NCBI GenBank assembly: GCA_049623905.1
Contig: JBMZTS010000001.1
Coordinates: 8,068-72,067 of the forward strand
Length of the DNA: 64,000 nucleotides
Direction of reading: 5' to 3'
Origin: Flavobacteriaceae bacterium
GTDB taxonomy: Bacteria; Bacteroidota; Bacteroidia; Flavobacteriales; Flavobacteriaceae
Shown: piece by piece, positions 19,485 to 29,799 of the stretch
Layout: every line of letters begins with the position of its first letter
Position numbering within the stretch: the stretch's first letter is position 1
The notes under the pieces: model-generated
Seen by the model: the letters and a program-made list of their open reading frames with translations, nothing else
Databases searched by the model: none
What the model was told of the DNA's origin: nothing
Position numbers and translations under genes: made by a program

Positions 19485-20390
19485 TTGAGCAAAAACTGGA
19501 CTTCTTTACCGGGTATTAGGCAGGGTGTAATTTTTCTAAAATTATTGCGCATTCCTGGCCTCAATGGTTTTTCAATGTACGATTTGTTAGAACTCTATGT
19601 GGTCGGCATCATCAAAGGCGCATTGACTGCCCGTGCAGGATCTATTTCTTTTAGTTTCTTTATGGCGTTGGTTCCTTTTTTGCTTTTTGTTTTAAATCTG
19701 ATCCCCTTTATTCCTAAGGTTTTTTCAATTGATAATTTTGATCTTGTATTATTCGAATTTATTGAGACCCTTTTACCTGCCGATACCCATGTGTTTTTTA
19801 ACAGCATATTTGAAGATATCCAAAGCAAACCCCGTGGAGGACTATTGTCTTCTGTTTTTATTCTGTCAATCATTTTGTCGGCCAATGGTGTCAACTCTAT
19901 TTTTACTAGTTTTGAGGTCTCCTATCACGTCAAGGAGCTTCGAAATATTTTTAAGCAATATCTGTATTCTTTAGGTGTCAGTTTTTTGTTGGCTATTCTT
20001 TTACTGGTGGCCGTCATCGCCTTTATTTATTTTAAGCTCGCCTTTCAGAATTTACTCACAGAGGCCGCTCAATGGATCGTCTGGGGTCAATACATTTTCT
20101 TTGTCGTTTTGGCTTACTTCTCTATTTCTATTTTATATTATTTTGGCACCATTCAGGGAAAACTTACTCGTTTTTTTTCTCCTGGTGCACTGATGACTCT
20201 TTTGCTCTTTGTCATTAGTACCTATTTATTTGGAATTTACATCGATAGGTTTTCCAATTACAACCAGCTTTATGGATCAATCGGTGCCTTGCTCATTTTT
20301 ATGCTCTACAGTTGGATTAACTCCATTGTTTTACTTCTTGGATTTGAACTCAATGCTACCATTAGTCGTTTAAAACAAGAAGAGAAGTAG
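19485..20390 (+). CDS. YihY/BrkB family membrane protein
   Basis: Multi-TM protein with YNQLYGSIGAL and LLGFELN motifs. Confidence 0.88.
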   Translation: MSKNWTSLPGIRQGVIFLKLLRIPGLNGFSMYDLLELYVVGIIKGALTARAGSISFSFFMALVPFLLFVLNLIPFIPKVFSIDNFDLVLFEFIETLLPADTHVFFNSIFEDIQSKPRGGLLSSVFILSIILSANGVNSIFTSFEVSYHVKELRNIFKQYLYSLGVSFLLAILLLVAVIAFIYFKLAFQNLLTEAAQWIVWGQYIFFVVLAYFSISILYYFGTIQGKLTRFFSPGALMTLLLFVISTYLFGIYIDRFSNYNQLYGSIGALLIFMLYSWINSIVLLLGFELNATISRLKQEEK

Positions 20391-20402
20391 CTTCCATTCC
20401 CT

Positions 20403-22850
20403 ATGCAGTATTTCATTGATGTTTTGTTGCCACTTCCATTACCAAAAGCGTTTACTTATTGGGTAAGCGAAGAAGAATACATTTTTTTGACCCCGGGTTT
20501 TCGCGTTGGCGTCCCTTTTGGGAAAAATAAACTGTACACCGGAATCGTTTACAAAAAGCACCAAGTTGCCCCTCAAGCCTACGATCCAAAAACGATCGAA
20601 GTAATCTTAGAAGACCACCCTATCGTTACTGCTCAACAGTTGCTTTTTTGGGAATGGATGAGCGATTATTATCTTTGTTCTATGGGGAGTATTCTCCGCT
20701 CCGCATTACCCAGCGCATTTTTATTGACCAGCGAAACCTATGTGTCAAAAGTACAGGAGGTTGAGGTTGACTGGAAAAATCTGGAAGATCAGGCCTGCCT
20801 TGTGCTCGAGGCTTTAGAAAAGCGAGAGGTGTTGATTGAAGATATCCAAGCAATTGTTCAGCGAAAAAAAGTACTTCCACTCATTCACTCTTTGATAGAA
20901 AAGGGATATGTTCAAATCCTACAGTCGTTAAAAGAAAAATATAAACCCAAGCACCACCGCTATTTACGCATAGTTCCCGAACTCACTTCAGAAACAGCCC
21001 TAGAACAACTGTTCGAAAAGCTAAAACGGGCACCCAAGCAGAGTTCTTTTTTGCTGGGCCTTTATCAATTTCAGGTGGATGAAGGTTGGGTAAAACTCAG
21101 TTTACTTAAGAAAAAACTAGGTTTGACCAGTGGCCTTGTCCGTGCACTTCTAGATAAAAAAATCATTGAGGAGCAGTGGATTAGAGAAGATCGTCCACTA
21201 TTGAGAGAGGCCCATAAAATTGAGAAACCTCTTCTTTCAGAAGCACAACGCTTGGCATGTGAAGATATTCAAACACAATTTAAAGAAAAAGCAGTGGTCC
21301 TTTTAGAGGGCGTTACCTCCTCTGGAAAAACAGAGGTTTATTTTTCATTAATTGAGGCCCAACTTAAGGCCAACAAGCAGGTTCTTTTCCTATTGCCCGA
21401 GATTTCATTGACGGCTCAAATGATTCAGCGTCTTCAAGCCCGCTTTGGCGATCAGGTGACCATTTTTCATTCGAAGTTTTCCATTCATGAAAGGGTGGAA
21501 GTTTGGAAAAGTGTTTTACACAACAATACGAAAGCTAAAATTATTTTAGGAGCGCGTTCAGCTCTTTTTTTACCCTTTAAAAACCTCGGCCTCATTGTGG
21601 TTGATGAAGAACACGAGTCTTCTTTTAAACAGTTTGATCCGGCCCCCCGCTATCAGGCTCGTGATGCAGCCATTGTTTTAGCCCACCAGTCTAACTGTAA
21701 GTTATTGTTAGGGTCGGCAACGCCCTCGATCGAATCGCGCTACAATGTTGACACCAAAAAATTCGGTCATGTTCAAATGCGCCAGAGGTATGGTAAGGCT
21801 CAGTTACCCAAGGTAGAAACCATCGATTTAAAAGAGGCATACAAGCGCAAAACGATGAAAGGCTTATTTTCTCCACAACTCTTTGAAAGCATTGACAGTA
21901 ATTTAAAAGAGGGAAGACAAATCATTCTTTTTCAAAATAGAAGAGGATATGCTCCTTTGTTGGAATGTCATAGTTGTGGTCATATTCCACAGTGCACCAA
22001 TTGCGATGTATCATTGACCTATCATCAATACAACCAACACTTGCGCTGTCACTATTGTGGCTATCATATCGCAAAGCCGGTACAATGTGTTGTTTGCTCC
22101 AGCCCCTCTCTCGACCTAAAAGGCACAGGAACCCAACAGATAGAAGAACAAGTTCAACAGTATTTTAAAACCGCTCAGGTGGCGCGAATGGATTGGGATT
22201 CTACACGCGGAAAGTGGGCTTTTGACACGATTATTGAACGTTTTACTTCTGGAGAGGTTAATATTTTAGTGGGAACACAAATGGTGACCAAAGGTCTCGA
22301 TTTTAAAAATGTTGGTTTGGTAGGGGTCATCAATGCCGATCCTCTCCTTTTTTTCCCTGACTTTAGAGCCCACGAACGCGCCTTTCAATTGCTAACACAA
22401 GTCTCGGGCAGGGCAGGGCGATCAACACAACGCGGGAAAGTTCTCATTCAAAGCTTTTCACCAAAACACCCCGTATTACAGCAAGTTATTCAGGCCAACT
22501 TCGATGCAATGTATCGGCAGCAGCTCCAGGAGCGCCAAACATTTCATTACCCGCCTTTTCATCGTTTAATTCGTTTATCGGTTAAAGCACGCGACTATCA
22601 AAAGGCTCAAATGGCTGCTCAATGGCTAGCAGATGTTTTACGACAAAACCTCAATAACCCTGTTCTTGGACCAGTTGACCCTATGGTAGCACGTGTACGC
22701 AATCAGTACATCAAACAAATTTTATTAAAATACCCCAACAATTCTCTCCGTCGCCCGATCAAAGAGGTGCTTTCTAAAACGTTAAAAAGTTTGGCGTCTA
22801 TTGGAAAATTTCGATCGGTAAAAATAAGTGTAGATATCGATCCAGTTTAA
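20403..22850 (+). CDS. priA: Primosomal protein N' (replication restart helicase)
   Basis: GVTSSGKTE, DEEHE, four CxxC pairs, QVSGRAGR. Confidence 0.97.
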   Translation: MQYFIDVLLPLPLPKAFTYWVSEEEYIFLTPGFRVGVPFGKNKLYTGIVYKKHQVAPQAYDPKTIEVILEDHPIVTAQQLLFWEWMSDYYLCSMGSILRSALPSAFLLTSETYVSKVQEVEVDWKNLEDQACLVLEALEKREVLIEDIQAIVQRKKVLPLIHSLIEKGYVQILQSLKEKYKPKHHRYLRIVPELTSETALEQLFEKLKRAPKQSSFLLGLYQFQVDEGWVKLSLLKKKLGLTSGLVRALLDKKIIEEQWIREDRPLLREAHKIEKPLLSEAQRLACEDIQTQFKEKAVVLLEGVTSSGKTEVYFSLIEAQLKANKQVLFLLPEISLTAQMIQRLQARFGDQVTIFHSKFSIHERVEVWKSVLHNNTKAKIILGARSALFLPFKNLGLIVVDEEHESSFKQFDPAPRYQARDAAIVLAHQSNCKLLLGSATPSIESRYNVDTKKFGHVQMRQRYGKAQLPKVETIDLKEAYKRKTMKGLFSPQLFESIDSNLKEGRQIILFQNRRGYAPLLECHSCGHIPQCTNCDVSLTYHQYNQHLRCHYCGYHIAKPVQCVVCSSPSLDLKGTGTQQIEEQVQQYFKTAQVARMDWDSTRGKWAFDTIIERFTSGEVNILVGTQMVTKGLDFKNVGLVGVINADPLLFFPDFRAHERAFQLLTQVSGRAGRSTQRGKVLIQSFSPKHPVLQQVIQANFDAMYRQQLQERQTFHYPPFHRLIRLSVKARDYQKAQMAAQWLADVLRQNLNNPVLGPVDPMVARVRNQYIKQILLKYPNNSLRRPIKEVLSKTLKSLASIGKFRSVKISVDIDPV

Positions 22851-23545
22851 CTGGCTTGCATCAAATCTTTAAAGGCTTGCTTGCGAAAACGACTGAGAGG
22901 AATTTTTTTACCCTTGAGAAGAATTTCCTTCCCATTATAGTGCTCTATTTTGTGTAAATTGACAATAAACGATTTATGACTTCTGAAAAATTCTTGCTCG
23001 GGAAGTAAAGTGTTAATTTTTTTCATAGACATCAAAACAATGTATTTCCGCTTAGGGGTGACAATTTTAACATAATCGCCCATGGCTTCTATAAAGTCAA
23101 TTTGGTTATGTTCAATTTTTTCCGTCATCAAATCGCATCTTACTTCAATATACGTAGGCTCGAGTATGCTTTCTTGTTTTAGCCTGTAGTATTCTTGATT
23201 TAATAAACGCCTCAAAGAAATTGAAAAACGATCAGCGGTAAAAGGTTTAAGAATAAAATCAAAAGCAGCAAGATTAAAGCCTTTGACAGCGTCTTTGATT
23301 CGTGCCGACATCAAAATGACGGGAAGGTTTTGATTTAACTTTTCTATGGTAGAAAAAGCAAGCTCTGTTGAAAAATTGGGGTCGATCAAAACAAAATCGA
23401 CAGTGTTTAATTCTAAAAATTTACAGGCTTCTTTTAGCGAAGAGAAACTTTTAGTAATGACCACTTGTGGCAATTTGTCAACAATATTCTCGACAATGAC
23501 ACGGCTGTTTTCGTTTTCGTCGATAAGGACAAAAGAGAGCTGCAT
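22847..23545 (-). CDS. Orphan LytTR response regulator
   Basis: Receiver domain with Asp and KP, followed by LytTR motif FFRSHKSFIVN. Confidence 0.88.
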   Translation of the reverse strand: MQLSFVLIDENENSRVIVENIVDKLPQVVITKSFSSLKEACKFLELNTVDFVLIDPNFSTELAFSTIEKLNQNLPVILMSARIKDAVKGFNLAAFDFILKPFTADRFSISLRRLLNQEYYRLKQESILEPTYIEVRCDLMTEKIEHNQIDFIEAMGDYVKIVTPKRKYIVLMSMKKINTLLPEQEFFRSHKSFIVNLHKIEHYNGKEILLKGKKIPLSRFRKQAFKDLMQAS

Positions 23546-23640
23546 AAGTTTGGGTTTTTACAAAAATAGTAAATTTTAGATGCGCTGTTTTTTTAGACGA
23601 AAAAAAACGCTAAATATTTGGTCTAGGGGCTTAATTCTAC

Positions 23641-23648
23641 TATTTTTG
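23641..23648 (+). promoter_or_regulatory. -7 promoter box of the rpsF operon
   Basis: TATTTTTG. Confidence 0.65.
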
Positions 23649-23670
23649 CACCCTTATTTAAATCAATTAT

Positions 23671-24015
23671 ATGAATCATTACGAAACTGTTTTCATTTTA
23701 AATCCCGTTTTATCTGATGACCAGATAAAGGAAGCAGTTAAGAAATTTGCGACTCTTCTCAAGGATAAGGGCGCCAAATTTGTTAACCAAGAAGATTGGG
23801 GCCTAAAGAAATTGGCTTACCCTATTCAAAACAAAAAAAGTGGCTTTTACCACTTGTTTGAATATACCGTTGACGGTGAAGCGATCAACCCGCTTGAGGT
23901 AGAGTTTAGACGCGACGAAAGAGTTATGCGCTACCTAACTGTCAAACTTGATAAGCATGCTGTTGCATGGGCAGAAAAGCGTGTTAAGAAAATTAAAGCT
24001 AATGTTAAAGCCTAA
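23671..24015 (+). CDS. rpsF: 30S ribosomal protein S6
   Basis: YETVFILNP...[10 protein letters not shown]. Confidence 0.97.
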   Translation: MNHYETVFILNPVLSDDQIKEAVKKFATLLKDKGAKFVNQEDWGLKKLAYPIQNKKSGFYHLFEYTVDGEAINPLEVEFRRDERVMRYLTVKLDKHAVAWAEKRVKKIKANVKA

Positions 24016-24020
24016 TCGAG

Positions 24021-24317
24021 ATGTCAAAAATTGAAGAACAATCCAAAGGAAGAAAAGAAGGGGAAATTCGTTATTTAACCCCACTGAATATAGAAACCAA
24101 CAATAAGAAAAAGTACTGTCGTTTTAAACGTTCAGGGATCAAATACGTCGATTATAAAGACGCTAGTTTTTTACTTGGTTTTGTGAATGAACAAGGGAAA
24201 TTACTCCCACGTCGTTTGACAGGAACTTCATTGAAGTACCAACGCAAAGTTTCGGTTGCTGTTAAACGTGCTCGTCACCTCGCTTTAATGCCTTATGTAG
24301 GCGATTTATTAAAATAA
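24021..24317 (+). CDS. rpsR: 30S ribosomal protein S18
   Basis: VDYKD...[10 protein letters not shown]...[11 protein letters not shown]. Confidence 0.97.
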   Translation: MSKIEEQSKGRKEGEIRYLTPLNIETNNKKKYCRFKRSGIKYVDYKDASFLLGFVNEQGKLLPRRLTGTSLKYQRKVSVAVKRARHLALMPYVGDLLK

Positions 24318-24330
24318 ACAACTTTAGATC

Positions 24331-24783
24331 ATGGAACTGATACTCAGAGAAGATGTACAAAACCTTGGATTTAAGGATGACATCGTTACAGTAAAAAACG
24401 GTTATGGGCGAAACTTTTTAATTCCCCAAGGAAAAGCTGTTCTCGCAACAGCTTCAGCAAAAAAAGTTTTGGCTGAAAACCTCAAGCAACGCGCTTTTAA
24501 AGAACAAAAAACAATTGATGATGCTAATAAATTGAGCAAAGCACTTTTAGCTTTAGAGATCAAGATAGAGTCAAAAGTAGGAACAGGCGACAAATTATTT
24601 GGCTCTGTTGGTGCACAAGACCTTGCCGATGCTTTTGCTAAAGCGGGACAAGAAATCGATAAAAAATTTATCAGCCTACCAGGACGTGCCATCAAACGAC
24701 TTGGAGCATATGAAGCCACTCTTCGTTTACACAGAGAGGTAGTGATACAAGCACCTTTCGAAATAGTGCCTGAGAAAAAATAA
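24331..24783 (+). CDS. rplI: 50S ribosomal protein L9
   Basis: VKNGYGRNFLIPQG, KLFGSV. Confidence 0.97.
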   Translation: MELILREDVQNLGFKDDIVTVKNGYGRNFLIPQGKAVLATASAKKVLAENLKQRAFKEQKTIDDANKLSKALLALEIKIESKVGTGDKLFGSVGAQDLADAFAKAGQEIDKKFISLPGRAIKRLGAYEATLRLHREVVIQAPFEIVPEKK

Positions 24784-24802
24784 TCCATTCAACTGCAAAT
24801 AT

Positions 24803-24829
24803 AAACCTCACTTTTGTGGGGTTTTTTTT
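24803..24829 (+). terminator. Intrinsic terminator after rplI
   Basis: AAACCTCAC-TTTT-GTGGGGTTT followed by a T-tract. Confidence 0.75.
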
Positions 24830-24831
24830 AT

Positions 24832-25302
24832 ATGAAATATCATCGTTTAAGTCAAGAGCAATTGGAGGAACTCCATTCAGAGTTTGCAAAATACCTTGCG
24901 GCCTTATCGATTGATCGTAGGGAGTGGGAACGAATTAAAGCAGAACAACCCGAAACAGTTGATATTCATCTCGATCAATTTTCTGACTTAGTATGGGAAG
25001 ATGTTCTCTCAAAAGAACTCTACTTGGAACACCTAAGTCCCAATCATTTTTTTGTATTTGCGTGTTTGGAAGACAAGATGCATCTGATTGCAGTAAAACT
25101 CTCGGATATAGAAAAAGACATTACCACCTCAGAAGGCTGGCAATGGCTTTTACACCATATTCACGACGAATCGGTCACCCTCTACCGCTCAACAAAAACA
25201 TACGATCACGATAGAAAAGAAGAATTGTACGGTATGATACTTAAGGGGGCTCAAATTAGTCAAGGGGATCGCTATAAAAGTATCGCCGAATTTCTTGCAT
25301 AA
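24832..25302 (+). CDS. DUF6495-like conserved Flavobacterial protein
   Basis: MKYHRLSQEQLEELHSEF...FSDLVWEDVL. Start taken after the terminator. Confidence 0.7.
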   Translation: MKYHRLSQEQLEELHSEFAKYLAALSIDRREWERIKAEQPETVDIHLDQFSDLVWEDVLSKELYLEHLSPNHFFVFACLEDKMHLIAVKLSDIEKDITTSEGWQWLLHHIHDESVTLYRSTKTYDHDRKEELYGMILKGAQISQGDRYKSIAEFLA

Positions 25303-25349
25303 GCCCTCCAATTTTTTGGATATTTGTAATTCACCGCAAATATTAAATT

Positions 25350-26726
25350 ATGAAGCCATCCCTACCCAAAGGTACACGTGATTTTTCATCCACTCAAGTG
25401 GCCAAGCGGAACTATCTGAAAAGTGTTTTACAAAATGCTTTTGAAAAGGCAGGGTATCAACCCATTGAAACCCCTTCATTTGAAAAATCAGAAACCCTTT
25501 TGGGAAAATATGGAGACGAAGGTGATCGACTTATTTTTAAACTCCTCTCTAACGGTGAAAAGTTAAAAAAGGCCGATCTGACAGCCTTAAAAGAAAATCG
25601 TTTGAGTGCTTTTTCAAATTCTTTATCGGAAAAAGCCCTTCGTTACGATTTGACTGTTCCTTTTGCTCGTTTTGTTGTACAGCACCAAAACGATCTGGTT
25701 TTTCCTTTTAAACGGTATCAAATTCAACCCGTTTGGCGCGCCGATCGACCACAACACGGCCGTTTTCAAGAGTTTTTTCAATGTGACGCCGATGTTGTAG
25801 GAAGTACTTCCTTGTGGCAAGAGGTGGAACTCTGTCAATTGTATGCAACTGTTTTCACTGCCCTTGGCATTCACGGTGCTACATTAAAAATTAACAATCG
25901 AAAAATATTAGCTGGAATTGCGGAATGTATGGGGGTCAAAGATCAACTTATCGATTTTACGATAGCCCTTGATAAACTCGATAAAATTGGATTTGAAGCA
26001 GTTGTTGAGGAACTGAAAAGCAAAAACTTCAGTCTTACCGCTATCGATCAATTACGCCCATTGATGGCACTTGCTGGCTCAGCTCAAGACCGATTATCTC
26101 AATTAGAATCGTTTTTGGCGGATTCCGAAATTGGACAAAAAGGGGTCGAAGAAGTACGTTTTGTGATCACTCAACTAGAGAGTTTAGGGCACGCCAATCT
26201 TAACCTTTCTGTTGATGTTACCCTTGCCCGCGGACTCAATTACTACACGGGGTGTATTTTTGAGGTTGCTCCCCCTTCGGGGATAAAAATGGGCTCTATT
26301 GGAGGAGGAGGTCGCTACGATAATCTTACGACTGATTTTGGGATGAAAAACATGAGCGGTGTAGGAATCTCTTTTGGTTTTGATCGGATTTATTTGGTGT
26401 TGGAGGAATTGGATTTATTTCCTGCCTCGGTTGAGAATAAGACGCAGGTTCTTTTCCTTAACTTTGGGCCTTCAACAGCCCTGAAAAGCAATGCGTTAAT
26501 AGCCGCCCTTCGTGAAGTGAATATTCGTGCTGAATTCTATCCCGATGAAGTGAAAATTAAGAAACAGTTGTCTTACGCTAATCAAAAAAGCATTCCATGG
26601 GTCGTCTTGATAGGCGATGAGGAAGTGGCGCGAAATCAATGTGTTTTAAAAGCGATGGCTACTGGTGATCAACACGCCTATGATTTTTCAAAACTCGTGA
26701 CAGTTCTCCAAGAAAAATGTTCTTAG
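25350..26726 (+). CDS. hisS: Histidine--tRNA ligase
   Basis: PKGTRDF, LRYDLTVPFAR, RGLNYYTG, GGGRYD. Confidence 0.97.
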   Translation: MKPSLPKGTRDFSSTQVAKRNYLKSVLQNAFEKAGYQPIETPSFEKSETLLGKYGDEGDRLIFKLLSNGEKLKKADLTALKENRLSAFSNSLSEKALRYDLTVPFARFVVQHQNDLVFPFKRYQIQPVWRADRPQHGRFQEFFQCDADVVGSTSLWQEVELCQLYATVFTALGIHGATLKINNRKILAGIAECMGVKDQLIDFTIALDKLDKIGFEAVVEELKSKNFSLTAIDQLRPLMALAGSAQDRLSQLESFLADSEIGQKGVEEVRFVITQLESLGHANLNLSVDVTLARGLNYYTGCIFEVAPPSGIKMGSIGGGGRYDNLTTDFGMKNMSGVGISFGFDRIYLVLEELDLFPASVENKTQVLFLNFGPSTALKSNALIAALREVNIRAEFYPDEVKIKKQLSYANQKSIPWVVLIGDEEVARNQCVLKAMATGDQHAYDFSKLVTVLQEKCS

Positions 26727-27664
26727 TGCACGCCAAGTGAGCCCAAATAGCGTTCAGCATCCAAAGCAGCCATACACCCTGTTCCAGCTGCGGTAACAGC
26801 CTGGCGATATTCTTTGTCTTGTACATCTCCCGAAGCAAATACTCCCGGTAGATTTGTCTTGGTTGATTTTCCTTCTGTAATTAAATACCCCGCTTCATCC
26901 ATTTCCAATTGACCTTTAAATATATCTGTATTGGGCTGATGGCCAATGGCAACAAAAAGTCCTGTGATGGCTATTTCTGTTTTTTCTTGCGTTTTATTAT
27001 TGATCATTCTCAAGCCCTCTACAACCTGATTGCCTAAAACTTCGTCGACTTCAGTATTATAGAGAACTTTAATGTTTTTGGTTTGATTCACACGATGCTG
27101 CATGGCTTTTGAAGCCCTCATTACGTCACGTCGGACCAGCATGGTAACTTTTGTGCAAATATTAGCAAGATAAGTGGCTTCTTCAGCAGCCGTATCACCT
27201 GCTCCAACAATAGCTACTTCTTGACCTTTATAGAAAAAGCCATCGCATACGGCACATGCCGAGACGCCTCCTCCACGTAACCGCTGCTCACTCTCCAAGC
27301 CAAGGTACTTGGCGCTAGCTCCAGTAGAAATGATAATGGTTTCGGCTTCAATAGGTGTTGTTCCATCGACAACAACACTATGAATTCCACCTCTTTCTTT
27401 GCTCAACGTGACCTCTGTGACGTGGCCAATACGTACTTCGGTTCCAAAGCGTTCGGCTTGTTGTTGGAGTTCGATCATCATTGAAGGACCGTCCACGCCC
27501 TTGGGGTAACCAGGGAAATTATCGACTTCTGTCGTTGTGGTTAACTGCCCGCCAGGTTCCATACCCGTATAAACAACCGGTTTTAGGTCGGCACGTGCAG
27601 CATATATGGCAGCAGTATAACCAGCTGGGCCACTTCCAATAATTAAACATTTAATACGTTCCAT
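26723..27664 (-). CDS. trxB: Thioredoxin-disulfide reductase
   Basis: GSGPAG and CAVCDG motifs. Start taken at MERIK, downstream of a TAGTTTTG box at 27691-27698. Confidence 0.96.
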   Translation of the reverse strand: MERIKCLIIGSGPAGYTAAIYAARADLKPVVYTGMEPGGQLTTTTEVDNFPGYPKGVDGPSMMIELQQQAERFGTEVRIGHVTEVTLSKERGGIHSVVVDGTTPIEAETIIISTGASAKYLGLESEQRLRGGGVSACAVCDGFFYKGQEVAIVGAGDTAAEEATYLANICTKVTMLVRRDVMRASKAMQHRVNQTKNIKVLYNTEVDEVLGNQVVEGLRMINNKTQEKTEIAITGLFVAIGHQPNTDIFKGQLEMDEAGYLITEGKSTKTNLPGVFASGDVQDKEYRQAVTAAGTGCMAALDAERYLGSLGVH

Positions 27665-27845
27665 AAAATCCTCTTCTAATTTACAAGACTCAAAACTACA
27701 AAAGTCATTTCTTATTTTAGTCGGAGGAAGGTTCAATTCCTAGAGAATTATTAACGAAAGGATGCGAATTGTTGATATCACTGAATTAAAAGCATTATTG
27801 TTTGATCATTTTAAATTTGTATCTTCAACACATTAGATTTATTTA

Positions 27846-29081
27846 ATGAACTTCTTCAATCGTCCAGCGAATTATAACTTTAAAGACGACTTTTTAGCTG
27901 GTGTTACGGTTGGAATAGTCACCATCCCACAGGCCATGGCTTTTGCACTCCTCGCTGGTTTGCCGCCCATATACGGCTTATATGGCTCGCTGATTCCTCT
28001 AGTTGTTTATGGATTATTATCAAGCTCTAATTTTTTAAACATTGGGCCTGTCTCTGTGATCTCTATTTTTATTTTTGAATCCATTTCTCCTTTTGTTCAT
28101 CCTTTTACCTCGGAGTATATCAATGCAGTGATTATTTTGGGCTTAATGATTGGGGCGATCCAAATTCTTTTAGGGGTTTTCAAATTGGGCCGATTTATTG
28201 AATATTTACCTAAAAGCGTGATTTCTGGTTTTATTCAGGCCGCTGCAGTCGTTATTATCATATCTCAACTTTCACCAGGGTTAGGCCTTGCGTTTCCTTT
28301 AAAAGCCAATTATATTGAAAAACTTCACCACCTTTTTTTAAACTTTGAGCTTATTCACTTAGCGTCTAGCACTTTATTTTTTTTGAGCCTGGTGGTCCTT
28401 TTTGTTTTCTCGACTCTTTTTCCAAAGTTTCCAACGGCAATAATTTTATTGATCCTAACGGGTGGCCTTTCCTTTTTCTTTGACTTTGAGGGCATGAATA
28501 TTGCACTTATTGGTGAAGTTCCTCAGGGACTACCACGTTTCATTATGCCAGATTTAAAAGTAGAAAGCCTACGTTACCTTCCAAGTGCCTTTGGGATTAC
28601 TTTTGTTGCAACCGTTGGAAGTTATGTTATGGCGAAAAATGCTGAAGACCAACAAACGCAACCGATTGACCTAAATCAAGACCTGATGGCATTAGGAATG
28701 GCAAAAGTGGTCAGCGCTTTTTTTGGTTCACTTGTCCCAGCGGGGAGCTTTAATCGCAGTATTTTGAATATCAAAGCAGGGGCAAAGACCCAAATGTCAA
28801 GTCTTATTTCTGCAGTTGTAATTCTGCTTACACTTCTTTTTTTGACCGAGATTGTCTACTTCCTACCCCAAGCGGTCATAGCTGCGATCATTGTCTATTC
28901 TGTTTATTTCTTATTTGATTTTCCCTTGATCAAGCGCCTTCTGCGACAGGATAAAGTCCAAGCCTTTTATCTGCTCTTAACAGCTATAACAACGCTCGGC
29001 TACGGGTTTGTTTATGGCATAGCCGTTGGCTTGTTTATTTCTTTTTTAGGCAGTCATGTCGTTAAAAAAAGGGCCCATTAA
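27846..29081 (+). CDS. SulP family anion transporter lacking a STAS domain
   Basis: DFLAGVTVG...PQAMAFALLAG and GSFNRS motifs; ends after the last TM segment. Confidence 0.85.
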   Translation: MNFFNRPANYNFKDDFLAGVTVGIVTIPQAMAFALLAGLPPIYGLYGSLIPLVVYGLLSSSNFLNIGPVSVISIFIFESISPFVHPFTSEYINAVIILGLMIGAIQILLGVFKLGRFIEYLPKSVISGFIQAAAVVIIISQLSPGLGLAFPLKANYIEKLHHLFLNFELIHLASSTLFFLSLVVLFVFSTLFPKFPTAIILLILTGGLSFFFDFEGMNIALIGEVPQGLPRFIMPDLKVESLRYLPSAFGITFVATVGSYVMAKNAEDQQTQPIDLNQDLMALGMAKVVSAFFGSLVPAGSFNRSILNIKAGAKTQMSSLISAVVILLTLLFLTEIVYFLPQAVIAAIIVYSVYFLFDFPLIKRLLRQDKVQAFYLLLTAITTLGYGFVYGIAVGLFISFLGSHVVKKRAH

Positions 29082-29797
29082 TTGGTTCTAAAAGTGTATA
29101 CCCCAGAGTCACTTTCATTCCCCTGAGCGTCAATAGCTATAACCTTCCAATAATATAAAGTAGTGTTTTCTACGACTGTCTCCAAAACAGTATTAGCTTG
29201 AGAATAAGGGAGAGTTTCGATTAGTGTAGAAGCGTTTTGAGTATCTAAATAGATATTGAAGCTTACAATGTCGTTGTCCGAATCTATACAGGTCCACTGT
29301 AAATTTATGATCCCATCGATGGGCGTAACGGTTGATCCAGATATTGGCCCCGTAAGTTCAGCAGGAAATGGCGCATAATTGATTTCTCTTGGTCCAGGCA
29401 AGTAAAAACGCCACGTATCACTTTCTGCTGGAGCGCTCTTGGGTTTTCCTATGGCTCTTACTTTCCAACTGTAGGGTTCTGCACTTTGTAGGATAATAGT
29501 TTGTTCGTTGTTAAGAGAAGTAAACTGTTGCTCTACAGATGTAGAAAGGTTCTGAATGATGATTTTATATGAAACAGCATTGACCGCAGTATTCCATCTG
29601 AAATCTACACTGCTTTGTGTATCATTAATTTCAGAAGTATCTAAACAAGGTTCATTGTTAAGAGGAAAGCTTAAAGTAGGTGATTCTGGCTGAAGAATTA
29701 CCTCGGGTTCTGAGATGTTGACATTATCTCCTTTAGAGCAAGAGAAAACGCTTCCCAAAACCACCAATACAACGATATGATTCATCAAGCTTTTCAT
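29078..29797 (-). CDS. Lipoprotein with two Fn3-like domains
   Basis: Lipobox VFSC, YSWKV and YYWKV strands. Start at MKSLM, 2 nt after the giant gene stop. Confidence 0.75.
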   Translation of the reverse strand: MKSLMNHIVVLVVLGSVFSCSKGDNVNISEPEVILQPESPTLSFPLNNEPCLDTSEINDTQSSVDFRWNTAVNAVSYKIIIQNLSTSVEQQFTSLNNEQTIILQSAEPYSWKVRAIGKPKSAPAESDTWRFYLPGPREINYAPFPAELTGPISGSTVTPIDGIINLQWTCIDSDNDIVSFNIYLDTQNASTLIETLPYSQANTVLETVVENTTLYYWKVIAIDAQGNESDSGVYTFRTN

Positions 29798-29799
29798 GA

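Noticed and set aside
24000-24021. Strong SD before rpsR, as reported for some Flavobacteriales
   Set aside because: No GGAGG-like sequence upstream of the ATG.
24402-24788. 128-aa antisense ORF over rplI, and similar shadow ORFs at 31640-32080 and 51558-51926
   Set aside because: They lie antisense to well-supported genes and have no recognisable motifs.
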